Source of the DNA: Octopus sinensis
Taxonomy: Eukaryota
Direction: 5' to 3'
NCBI RefSeq assembly: GCF_006345805.1
Contig: NC_043007.1
Location: 74,462,001 to 74,526,000 of the forward strand
DNA: 64,000 bases
Shown here one piece after another: positions 52,241-64,000 of this stretch. Position 1 is the stretch's first letter, and each line of letters begins with the position of its first letter. Position numbers and translations under genes: made by a program. The notes beneath the pieces are model-generated. The model worked only from the letters and a program-made list of their open reading frames with translations. It did no database searches and was not told the origin of the DNA.

Positions 52241-54000
52241 CATGCTGTGATTGTTTTAGTTTGAATACACAGTCTCAGGTCAAATGACTTTCCACACAAG
52301 TACATGTCTGAAATTTAAAATATTGATTATATTTACATATATTCCTTCATTCACTTCATCTTTGATTTGATTGATCCATGCTGGTTTATTTCTGTTTTTA
52401 TAGAATCTCCAGATCTCGTAAGTGATTGTTCAGAACAAGCATTAAACTCTGTGTAGAACTGACTCTGAGACAGTTTATAACAGGTGAGGGAACATTCTCT
52501 TCTTAATGTATATAACATATTTTTGTGTGAGTAGGGTAGCAAAACATTTATATATATTTTCCAAGTTTCTTATGTGTGGCCAAAATTCTGAACACTTATA
52601 CATAGTTATTGCGTGTTGGATTTCTACCCTTTTTATGCTCAGTTATTTTGCCATTATCTTCAAACAAAATTTTATTATTTTCTAACTTACAAATACTTCA
52701 GAATTGGTATTTTGTTTACAATAAAACAAGCAATTAGAAAACTTAGATTATATTATGAAACACTGTTATCATCATCATCATCATCATCGTTTAGCATCCG
52801 CTTTCCATGCTAGCATGGGTTGGACGGGTCAACTGGGGTCTGTGAAGCTGGAAGGCTTCGTCAGGCCCAGTCAGATCTGGCAGTGTTTCTACGGCTGGAT
52901 GCCCTTCCTAACGCCAACCACTCCGCGAGTGTAGTGGGTGTTTTTTATGTTATGTAGAAATAAATGATTATTTCATTAGTCAGCATTAAGGCAGGATCAT
53001 AACACTTTTGATAGCCAACCGTTGAGGCACAGTCACACCATTCGTGTTTCTTGATCAAATAGTTTTTTTTTAATCTTTTACCTTTTACTGGTTTCAGTCA
53101 TTAGACTTTAGTAATGTTGGGACACCACATTGAGGAATTTTTAGTTGAATGAATGAATGAATCAACCCTAGTACTTATTTCTCTTAAAGTCTGGCACTTA
53201 TTCTATTGGTCTCTTTTGCCAGACCACCAAGTTACAGGCATGTAGACACAACAACTACTTGTCAGACAACATCATCGTTTAGCATCCACTTTCCATGCTA
53301 GCATGGGTTGGACGGTTCAAATGGGGTCTGGGAAGCCAGAAGGCTGCACCAGGCCCAGTCTGATCTGGCAATGTTTCTACGGCTGGATGCCCTTCCTAAC
53401 GCCAACCACTCCGTGAGTGTAGTGGGTGCTTTTTACATGCCACTGGCACAGGTGCCAGAGGAGGCTGGCAAACGGCCACGATCGGATGGTGCTTTTTACG
53501 TGCCAGTTGGGGCGGCGCTGGCAATGGCCACGTTTGGATGGTTCTCTTACGTGCCACCAGCACTGGTATCACAGCTACAATTTCCATTGATGTTGAATTT
53601 CAATTGAACCAAAACAATTAAATTAACTTTGATTACCAAACAACATAAGAATGAATACAACAAATGCAAGCAACTTGTAGAGCTAAGTGACACTGATGAC
53701 CATACAAATGTAAGTTATTGACTTTGATTGAAAACATGAAACATACTTGATTGCTTTTGAGGGAAGAAAGTGCCTAATGGGTATTTGAAGATAAGGTGTA
53801 AACAGCAGAAAATCGGTGCAAAGTGATGAGACAGAATGATGAGACAAAGATTTCTATTTTTAGAGACAATTGACTAAAATATATGAGATGCTGGCCTAAT
53901 GAATATTTCTTGACAGTCTATTCACAGCAATAATGAAACATCATATCAGGACAATGTAATGGGGTTGTTTAAACATTTATTTTAATAATATTGATGGTAA

Positions 54001-54443
54001 TATATTGTGTCAATTTAAGGCAGTGAGCTGGCAGAATTGTTAGCACAGCGAGCAAAATGCTTTCATCTGTTTTTACTTTCAGGGTTCAAATTCACCTTTT
54101 GGGGTTGGTAAAATAAGTACCAATTGAGGACTGTGGTTGATGTAATCGACTTACCTCTCCCACTGAATTTGTTGGCCTTGTGCCAAAATTTGAAACCAAA
54201 ATATGTAAATTTAAGGTAGCAAACTGGCAGAATGGTTAGCAACTAGACAAAATGCTTAGCAACATTTTGTCTGTCTTTACATTCTGATTTTAAGTTCACC
54301 AAAGCTGATTTTGCCTTTCATCCTTTTGAGGTTGATAAAACGAGTACAGTTTGAGCACTGGGCTTGATGTAATTAACTAACCCTTTCCCCAAAAAGGCTG
54401 GCCTTGAGCCAAAATTCGAAACCGTTATATTGTGTAAATTTAA
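54001..54443 (+). mobile_element. Two tandem Meta-type SINEs with an 18-bp target-site duplication
   Basis: tatattgtgtcaatttaa (54001-54018) and tatattgtgtaaatttaa (54426-54443). Confidence 0.75.
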
Positions 54444-54468
54444 CCCAAATGTTTTTATTGTGTTTCAG

Positions 54469-54506
54469 ATTGTATGGAAAAACATCAATCGTCATCAACT
54501 GTCTGA
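54469..54506 (+). CDS. CCDC9: Probable terminal coding exon (DCMEKHQSSSTV*)
   Basis: tgtttcag acceptor; phase-1 entry closes the frame at TGA 54504-54506; total CDS 3144 nt is divisible by 3. Confidence 0.65.
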
Positions 54507-55974
54507 CACGAAGAACGCATTTCGAAATGACCCTAAGAGATGTGGTCACATATTTTTAGTTCCATGCCAATAATCATATAATTATCATATCATCACTGCT
54601 TGCACTTTTTCTTTATACTTTCTACTCTAACACTCTGGCCTTCATATCAAAAGACAAGCGCTACTAAGGCTACTGCACTTCTCAAATATAAAGTCTCCAA
54701 CTTGTGAAATACTTTGATTTAGCTATGGTAGCTTGACAACAAGAGTTTTTGATGGAAACGGTAATATTTGACAAATTCTCAGAATTGTGTATTTGTTTCA
54801 GCAATCCTTTCTCATTGATACAGAAATTCAAGGGAAAGTCTAGAAACACTTACTCCTACTGTTACTACTGCTATTATGGAAAAAGTTTTTTAAAAAAAAA
54901 ACCCTTACAGTGTTCTGTTAATTTTCCATCTCTGTGACAGCAACACTCTTGACAATGATGATGATAATGATTGCTTCCATTGACTCCACGATTAAACCAT
55001 ACCATCCTCCGTCCCTCACAATCTATTTGCTGTGTACGTGTGATGTAATTGAACATTTTCTAAGAATTTTAAAAGGCTCACTGTTTGTAATGAATGAAAC
55101 AATCACTCTATTCCTCAACTATCATCACACCAAAACATTTTCTCCTTTAATCAATTGGTTTTGGCGCTTATGTGCTTAGAAATATTTATTTATATACATT
55201 TTTCTTTTTGCTCTCTGTTTTTTTTTTTTCTGTTCCAATTTCTTCGCAGCACTATCTCTCCGAATGCATGTGTGTGTATGTATCTTATAAATTATTTTAT
55301 TTTCAGTTTTAAAATCTCTTTTTGAAATGTGTTTAGTGCTGTAATGTTGCCAATTAAGAAAAACTTACATTGATTCAAATTTTAATTTTAATTTATCCAA
55401 TTATCTATCTAATCTATAATTCTTATTGATAAATAACCATTTTTTAACATTCAGTTTACATGTACCATCTTCTTTTCTGGGGTTGATGATGATGATGTTA
55501 ATAATAAAAAAATAGTTGTAGTTATTATTATCATTATTATTATTATTATTCAATGTGGTGTTGCAGTAAATTCTAAACAAGTGGAGTCCACCACTTAATT
55601 TTAATCTGTAGTTGTAACTACTTCACATACTTTGCTAACGATCTTTGGAAAGGGTTGAATATCACAACATCCTCCTCCCCCTCCTACTCCTCCCAATGTA
55701 AGAAACCACCTATTCTTTTAATCTTTTCTTCCTTAGTGTAGACAAATGAATTTCTAAACTATATTCTTTGGCTTGGTCTTCTTCCAAGTGTTGTTGTTGT
55801 TGCTGTTGTGCCGCCCCCCTCCTCCTCCACCGCCACCACATTTAGAAGTGGTAGTTTGATAAAATGTGCACACGCTCGGGGTTTTTATTAAAAAGACTGG
55901 AGAGCTCATTACATACCTTTGATGTTCCCTAGATGAACATTTAGAACGTCACATATGTGTTTTTATTATTTTCT

Positions 55975-57260
55975 AAGGTCAACTTTGCCTTTCATCCTTT
56001 CGCGGTCGATAAATTAAGTACCAGTTGAACACTGGGGTCGATGTAATCGACACATCCCCTCCCCCAAAATGGCTGCCCTTGTGGTAAAATTTGAAACCAT
56101 TATTATGTGAGAAATTATCATTATTATTATTCTTTTCTTATTTATATTATTATTGTTGTTGTTGCAAAAAGACAGTGGATTGGCAGAATTGTTAGAGCAT
56201 CAGATAAAATGACTTGTAATATTTGTTCTGGCTCTTTACATTCTGAGTTCAAATTCTTCTAAGATCAGTATTGCCTTTCACCCTTTTGAAGTTTATTAAA
56301 TAAACTATCGGTCAAGATTTAAGGGTCAATTTAATTGACTAACCACAGCCCCCTTCAAATTTCTGGCCTTGAGCCTGTGTTAGAAATAATAATTATTGTT
56401 AAGGTGGTGAGCTGGCAGAATGGTTAGCATGCTGGGCAAAATGCTTAGCAGTATTTCATTCATCTTTACATTCTGAGTTCAAATTCCACTGAGGTTAACT
56501 TTGCCTTTCATCCTTTCAAGGTTGATAAAATAAAGTACCAGTTGAACACTGAGGTTGACGTGATCAACTTATCCTCTCCCCAGAAACTGCTGGCCTTGTG
56601 CCAAAACTTGAAATCACCATTATTATTATTATTATTATTATTATTAATTTAAAGAGCACCGAACAAGTTGCATTTTACTTTTTTAATACATCCTGCCTTT
56701 ACATTGTGAATTAAATTCTCTTGGTGATGGGGCGGGGATCAATAAATTAAGTACCAGTTATGTACTGGAATTAGTGTAATAAAAAACCCTCACCACTAAA
56801 ATTTGTGGCCCTGTGCATATATAAGAAATCATTATCATTATTATTAATATTAAAGGTGACAAACTGACCAAATCATTAGTGTGTTGGACAAAATGCTTAG
56901 TGGTATTTATTCTGAATTCAAATCCTGCCACGGTCAACTTTGCCTTTCATCCTTTCGGGGCTGATAAAATAAAGTACCAGTCAAGTACTGGGGCTGATGT
57001 AATTGGCTTCCACCTCCCCTAAATTTGCTGGCCTTGTGCCAATCTTTACAGCTGTTGTTATTAATAAGGTGGCAAGCTGGATAAAATGCTAAGCAGTATT
57101 TCTTCTGGCATTGTTCAGAGTTCACACTCCGCCAAGGTTAATTTTTGCATGTCATCCTTTTGCGGTTGATAAAATAAGTACCAATCTAGCACTGTGGTCG
57201 ATGTAAATTGACTATCTCCATTCCCCCAAAATTTCTGGCCTTGTGCCTATTGAAGAAAGA
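55975..57260 (+). mobile_element. Six head-to-tail Meta-domain-like SINE copies
   Basis: Repeated ctttgcctttcatcctttcggggtcgataaaat(t)aagtaccag domain separated by (ATT)n tails; other copies at 11184-11405, 21828-22045, 50080-50160, 50445-50650. Confidence 0.8.
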
Positions 57261-58838
57261 ATTCTAATTGTTATTATTGAATATAGTTCTTACTTATTTA
57301 TCTGTACAACTATTCGATGTCCCACCTCTGATTAAATGACAGCAATTTTTTAATAATTTTTGAAATACTTTTTCAGTGGTGTTTGGATATATCTGATGCA
57401 AATTTTTTACCCCTCTTTTCAACCCTTACTTTAGTATTTTCTGAAGTGTTAACAGCCATCTGACTGACAATATTTGTATGCTTACCTGTGAGCACCTAAT
57501 TTATGTATTTTTTAATTTTTATTTCTATCTGAATATTTAAAGAGTGATTAGCCACTAGTCATACAGCTTACAGCTATTGATATTCTTATAATGATAGATA
57601 GCAACTCTGATAACTAACAGTAACTAGACTGGCTGTTTTTCTTTTTTAAGGATGAAAGAAGGTCTTCAAATTAAGCTTCAGCTAATCAGTCCGCAGTTAA
57701 AATATTTACACATCTGTCCTTGTTTATCACGAGTGTATGGTGCTGCACAAATCAGTGATAAATGAATCATAGAAACTTATAGGAATAAATAAGTTTCATT
57801 CTCAGACCCTCGAGTTATCCTGAGCAATTGTGGATAGTGATTGGGGCATGCTTTTGCAGTCCAAGCAGAAACTATCTGATCAGCGACCCATGTTATCTCA
57901 GATCAGTGATAAACGAAGATAGAGATGTATAAACAGTTAAAACTAATTGTGATATCTAAAATGGATGCTCTTTTTAATTATTGTTGAACTTTCTTCAACA
58001 AGTTTCTTTCTTCAAGAGTCAGCTTACTTTTACCATTTTCATGTTCCTGTCTTTCATATAATTTTCTTTTCCATAGGTGCCTTTCACAATTTAACATTAG
58101 GGCTAAAGTAAAATATAAAGATAAATGAAGATTTTAAAATTTTGCTATTTATTTATCTATTCAGCATTACTTTGTTTTTATTTTCTCTCTTTTAATTCTA
58201 TTTCTTCTTTAAATAATTTAATAGCTATAACTGGCGATGGTGATGATGATTATGTAAATTATTTTATTATATACACATATACAATGTATGTATATTGTGC
58301 ACCCAGACTACTGCCTCATACTCACATATTAGTGTTCATATATACACACATATATTGGTAAAAAGTTGCCTGGAAATATATCAAATATTTCAGGAAACAT
58401 CTCTGATATTATATATCAATTTCAGAGAGTTATTGCTAAAGTATTTTGAGATTCAGAGCTATTAAGAGATTTGTCCGAAAATCTCAGTCTATTACAATAT
58501 AACATGTTCTCAGAACTCATTTAGACACCTATTTTGCAAAATACATGTGTGTTTGTGTACACACATACACACACGTTTTTTTATACTTAAACAAATAATT
58601 GTACCTCTGTGTTAAATATCATTTTACCCTAAATTGGTTGAAACAGTTTTGACATATAATCCCCCCGTGATATTTTTTACATATTCCAGCAGAACAAAAT
58701 ATTCTCTTTGTATTCTATGAAGCCAAACCATAACAAAGGTCTGCTAGAATTAACAAATGTGATGACCAGGAGTTATTCATGAACAAACCTAGAAGAATAT
58801 TCATTACAATGCCACTAATAATAAAAATTCTTCAACTT

Positions 58839-58869
<31 letters not shown>

Positions 58870-58997
58870 GGTCACTGAAATTACTTTTAATTTTAGACTT
58901 AACAAGTAGCATTGATATCTATAGTTTCAGAGTAATATGATTATGCTGAACTTCTGAATATATACATATGTGTGTGAGTATATATATATACATATAT

Positions 58998-59084
<87 letters not shown>

Positions 59085-59557
59085 TATGTGTATGTGTGTG
59101 CGTGTGTGCAACAACTACATCTTCATTTGGCTTTTTGTTGGTTTGTCTTTTTTATTTTTTCCAGTAATATGTTTATATCCCTGTGACTAGTAAAGTTTAT
59201 ATATTGGGTCTCTTGGGTTCTTCATCTCTAATTTTGGGATTTTGTTATATCAGTAACCAAGAGTTTTTCATTTTATTTCATCATATATAACCAGAATACT
59301 ATTTAAGAAATTATATGTATGTGCATACACACATATATGTATATAATAAATCAAAGGGGACCCAGCAGTTACCTTTGGCAGCACTCCTGTAAACACTAGC
59401 TATCGGAAATTTCTTTTAGTAGAAATATTAGTTTCACACAAACTGAAAATTCAGAAAGTTACCTTTGTTGTGGAATATAAAATAAGTGAAGAATGGAGTT
59501 GTTAAATATACATACACACACATATACATATATATATATATATGTGTGTGTGTATGC

Positions 59558-59632
<75 letters not shown>

Positions 59633-61289
59633 TATGTATATATATGTATATATATAGTAGTTGCCTGTTAAATGTCTTAAATACTGAAGATGAACCATCT
59701 GCAGAAATGTTGGCTATTTCTATACATAGTGTCCATACTATGTATATTTGCTGTAAATATACACTGCATTTATACTATATATATTTACTGCAAATGTACA
59801 TTCTAGTATAATATAACTCAGAACTGTAATCAGTGGGAGTACTGTAAAATTGGCAAGTGTTTTTTTATTATGTTGGAAATAACAGGGAGAAGTATAGTCT
59901 CCACTCAGCTGATTTATCATTACACTGCATAACACGGAACTTGTTAGTGATATTCCAATGACCCATTGAATTTGTAGACTCACAGTTATTGATCAATATG
60001 GGAATAATACCTATTTGCTTATTAGAGAAAAAGTGAATTAGTCAAACTTCGTTCTATTTATGAAGTAAAAAATTTAACTAGCTTTTCATTATTCTGACTT
60101 AATCTCAATTAACTTGGAATGCTAAATGCTTTTATTTATTTAAATGTTATAGTTTTTTGGGGTTTTTTAAAAAATATCTTTTGATGAAGTGAGAGTGGCT
60201 GTTCATTTTTATTGCACTACTATTGTAATTTTTAAAATTGGCTGTGAGAATGTGCGCATTATTTATTTAAATCTAATCTAATCTAATTTAATTTATTTTT
60301 TATTTCTATGCACATCATTGATGTAACTTTATCTTAATCAAAAGAAGGAAGAAAAAGAAAACTAGTGAAACAAAAATTTTTCATTTTTATGTTTTATTCT
60401 TTTATGTAAGAATTGTTTTTTGGGGATTTCTCTTCTCTTTTTTTTTTATTTTTCCTTTCATTAAATAAGTAATTGTTTTATACTGTATCAACGTTGTTAA
60501 AAACAAAAGAAAAACAGTATGAGCAGTTGAAATATAAACAAAAATGCTTGTTGTTGACTTTAAAATATGCTTTAATCTCAAGTGGTGTTAAATAATAGCT
60601 TTCAAATAATTTTCTAGTTATCTAACATTTTGCATTTGGATATTCAGAGCTTAATATTTCATAGATTTTTTTTTTAAAGATGTACTTGAAAAACTTTTTG
60701 CAACTACTTGAAGTTTTTTTTAATCTAAACTCTTATATATATAATACTCATAAATTTTTTTCTTTAAATTTTTAATTGATTAGAATGAACTAAATCATTT
60801 CCTCTGATAGTATATTCTCAGCACTATCTGAAGGTCAATGATCAAATAGGTTAAGTTTTAATGGTTCTTGGGTTGTGAGTTCTTACCCTACCGCAGACAC
60901 AATTTTGTACCCTTGGAGCAAGATATATCTTGCAATGATTACTTTAATTTCTCTACATGGTAATATTAACTACTTAGTCATGTTGCATTTTATATACCAG
61001 TTACATTGTAAATTATGTTAAATTGTATTCAGTTATTTTAATAAAAACATGAAAAAGTTTTAAAGATAATATAGCTGTTGTTTTCTTTTCTTATGTTTTT
61101 TTTTTTTTTTTGAAGTTTAGTTTATTTTTCTTGGATTCTTTGAAAGACTCAGTTTCTTGTCAACACACTTCAGACACACATTTTTGTTTTGAAACCTTGT
61201 TTCAACTTTTGTTTTAATCTTTAGATTCCCAAATATTCAAATCTGAAACTAACTATGGAAGGGAAACCCCAGTTACTTGTCATTTAAAC

Positions 61290-61580
61290 ACTGGGGAGCC
61301 TTTACATAGTTGCTCGACCCACTAGAAATAGCAGCTTAATCTCCCTCAAATAATGCCATACCATCTTAACAAAAGGAAAGGATACACTGGGCAATCCTGG
61401 ATGGTCACAACTGGACTGGCTTTCACTCTGCTTGATGAGGTTTGACCTGGAGCCAAACAACAGCACAGCAATTATCAATCCAATGAGAATCCTACCACCT
61501 TTAAAAAAGGAAGGACACATTGTACATGTGCTTCAAAAAGACAGGATGGTCACAGCTGGAATGGTTTGGATCCTAAGCCT
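61290..61580 (-). mobile_element. SINE-like repeat, with a partial second copy at ~61750-61810
   Basis: gttgctcgacccactagaaatagcagc motif recurs as gttgcttgacctgatacaaatagcagcc. Confidence 0.45.
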
Positions 61581-62051
61581 CCTTGTTCAAGGTTAACCTG
61601 GGGCTAAACAACAACAACACAACTGTTGCATTCAATTTGTTGTGTGGTCATTGTGAATCAAGTATAATTCATTTATTTACCAAACTACTAGATATCCTTC
61701 TTTTGCTATTGTCGGTCATTTTTTATGCAATAATAATTTATGAGGAAGCCTCTACACAGTTGCTTGACCTGATACAAATAGCAGCCAAATCTTTAAAAAA
61801 AAAATTAAGAAAGGTAAAGGACAGATACATTTGATAATGTTCCTCTTGGCTTAATGTCTGAAAATTTAGAAAGAGAAAGGTCAAAAGGTCAATAAAGAAA
61901 GGAAACTGGTTTCTGTACATTTTCTTGCAATCTTATCAATTATCAAATTTCTGAATATCTGTATATGTATGTATGTATATAATTGTATATGATGTCTGTG
62001 TGTGTTGGTGTGTATATATATATATGTATGTATGTACATACATACAGACAT

Positions 62052-62084
<33 letters not shown>

Positions 62085-62859
62085 CACACACACATTATAG
62101 CTTTTTATACCTTTTATTTCTTCAGATGCCAATTCTGATTACAGATTCACTGAACTACAATTCCCAAGTGAAATCAAAATTCTTTGCAGTGCGTTTTACA
62201 CTCTTCTTACAATCTGTGCAAATTTTTTCCACCGGAGATTATCTCACAGTCTAGCTGCAGTACAAATTATCTCTTTTGCACTCTCTATCATACCACCAAC
62301 CACAATGCTGCTTATCTCATTCATGATTTAAATTTCTTAAGATCATTCCTATTTTCATTTTCCTTCTTTGTTGTTATTGTTAATAGACAAGAATGTACAT
62401 GAAATTCCTTATAAGGAAATCATTCCAGTGCATATATATTGTAAGGTGTGACCTTGATATTTTGCATATATTTAGAAATGAACTTTGTATGTATTCAAAT
62501 ATTGCTGCTCATACTTTTGTTGACTAATTTTGGTAAATCATTAAAATGAATGTAGCTGCTTTTGCTTGTTTTTTTTAGCTGTTTCTTCTGATTTTAATTC
62601 TTTCTATATTTTCTAACATGAATAAATTTTGCAAACTAATACTTCTAATGCTTTTAAACTTGGTATTGAAATAGGTGTCACAAGAACAACAACAATAACA
62701 TTTTTTAGAGATTTTCTTTTATATATATAAGACACTCATAAATTTCTTCCATTGCATGGAATTTTACCTGTTTGCATCTTTAGATGCAAACAGGTATATG
62801 TCTTTTGACATCTCTGGTTGAGATTTGGATGCAGCTTGTATAAATTAAAGCAATGGCAA

Positions 62860-62895
<36 letters not shown>

Positions 62896-64000
62896 TCCAA
62901 TAACAACTACCACAACAATTTTCCTATTAATATCTTGTTTTCAAAATTCTTTGTTAGATTAGAGTAAAATTTAACTTTTTTCCTTCAAAATATTTACTTC
63001 ATTGAATTTCATATCCAACATGATATATAAATATTTATGAACAAAGAACTCAAACTTTGTTGGTTTCATTTTTGGTCTACCTCTTTTTTTTAATGTTGCT
63101 GCTGAGAATTTTGCTCAATTTTTTTATCTTTTTCTTTCTTTTTTTTTTTTTTGGCTTAACAATGTCTTGTTTTCTCAAGAAACATACAAATGTGTAATAT
63201 TTAAATTTTTTAAACTTTTAATATATACTAGGAATTTATTTTGTATAAAATTAGAATTTGTTTTTATTCTGTAATGGTGAAAACAAATCTGTTGATAAAT
63301 ATATAATGCTTTTTGTCAAACAAATGAGAAAGAGTGCTCAATATGTTGTAGAGGATATGGCTTTTTTGATTATTTGAAGCTGGGAGTTTGTCTCGCAACT
63401 TGAGTTTTAATAAAGAAAACATATATTCATACATTATTATTATTATTATATATGCTTATTTTCATGTTGTCTGTTCTCTCTTAAATAGGTCTTATGTATG
63501 TTAATTGCATGTTTTTTTTAAATATTTTTTATATTTCAGTTTATCTTTGAAACTGGAGATGTTGATAAACATTTGTATTTTTTAGTTTTATTTAATATAT
63601 TTTCCCCCTAGCTCCACACAAGTCCTATTTTTCAATGTGAGTGTGTGTGTGTATGTGTGCTTTACATTTTATGGTAAATCAGAAATTATGAATTTTTTCC
63701 CCCCTTGTGTGCTATCTTACTCATTGGCTGTAACCATGCTGGGGCACTGCCATTTAAAAATATATTCCTATGATAAACACAATGTTGTGTGAGGTTGTCC
63801 AATTTGTTTTCTATTATTGCAGTCGCAAATAGTAGAAAGCTGTACTGAATGCTTGATACTGTTTCATTTCATCCTCTCCATGGAGTCAAAATTGTGTTTC
63901 ATTCCTCCTGGGTCAGGAGGAGAAATGTCCATTCAGTCCATTCATACAAACATTGGTGTTGGGTCTATTTAAAAGCAATCATTATTACTCTTTTGTCCTA

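Larger units (their letters stand above)
54507..63415 (+). other. Probable long 3' UTR / downstream region
   Basis: No credible exons; T-rich; several AATAAA (e.g. ~55443, ~61040, ~63408); true end cannot be determined from sequence. Confidence 0.35.

Noticed and set aside
55975-57260. CRISPR-like periodic array
   Set aside because: Units are ~200-bp diverged SINEs in eukaryotic DNA, with no short identical repeats or cas genes

Overview
AT-rich, microsatellite- and SINE-dense animal DNA; the repeat families resemble those of octopods (inference, no search run). One spliced + strand gene spans the window: a CCDC9/CCDC9B-like (DUF4594) gene. Nine GT-AG exons from 10999 to 54506 join in frame into a 5'-incomplete CDS of 3144 nt (1047 aa plus stop), followed by a probable long 3' UTR. 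The introns hold decayed maT, Gypsy, RTE and CR1/L2-type elements, several MITEs and four SINE-like families. Main discovery: three unrelated intronic repeat families each carry a type I hammerhead ribozyme with a palindromic stem III, the dimer-cleaving form known from Penelope-like elements and retrozymes. (A) A long hairpin at 9090-9258. (B) A young, CpG-rich 533-bp tandem unit arranged as a 1.3-kb head-to-head palindrome inside (TA)n at 24543-25856, with a fully canonical CUGACGA/GAAA/GUC core on each arm. (C) A fold-back element with a tRNA-like head and a hammerhead at 40990-41414. All structures were derived by eye, and repeat boundaries are approximate.
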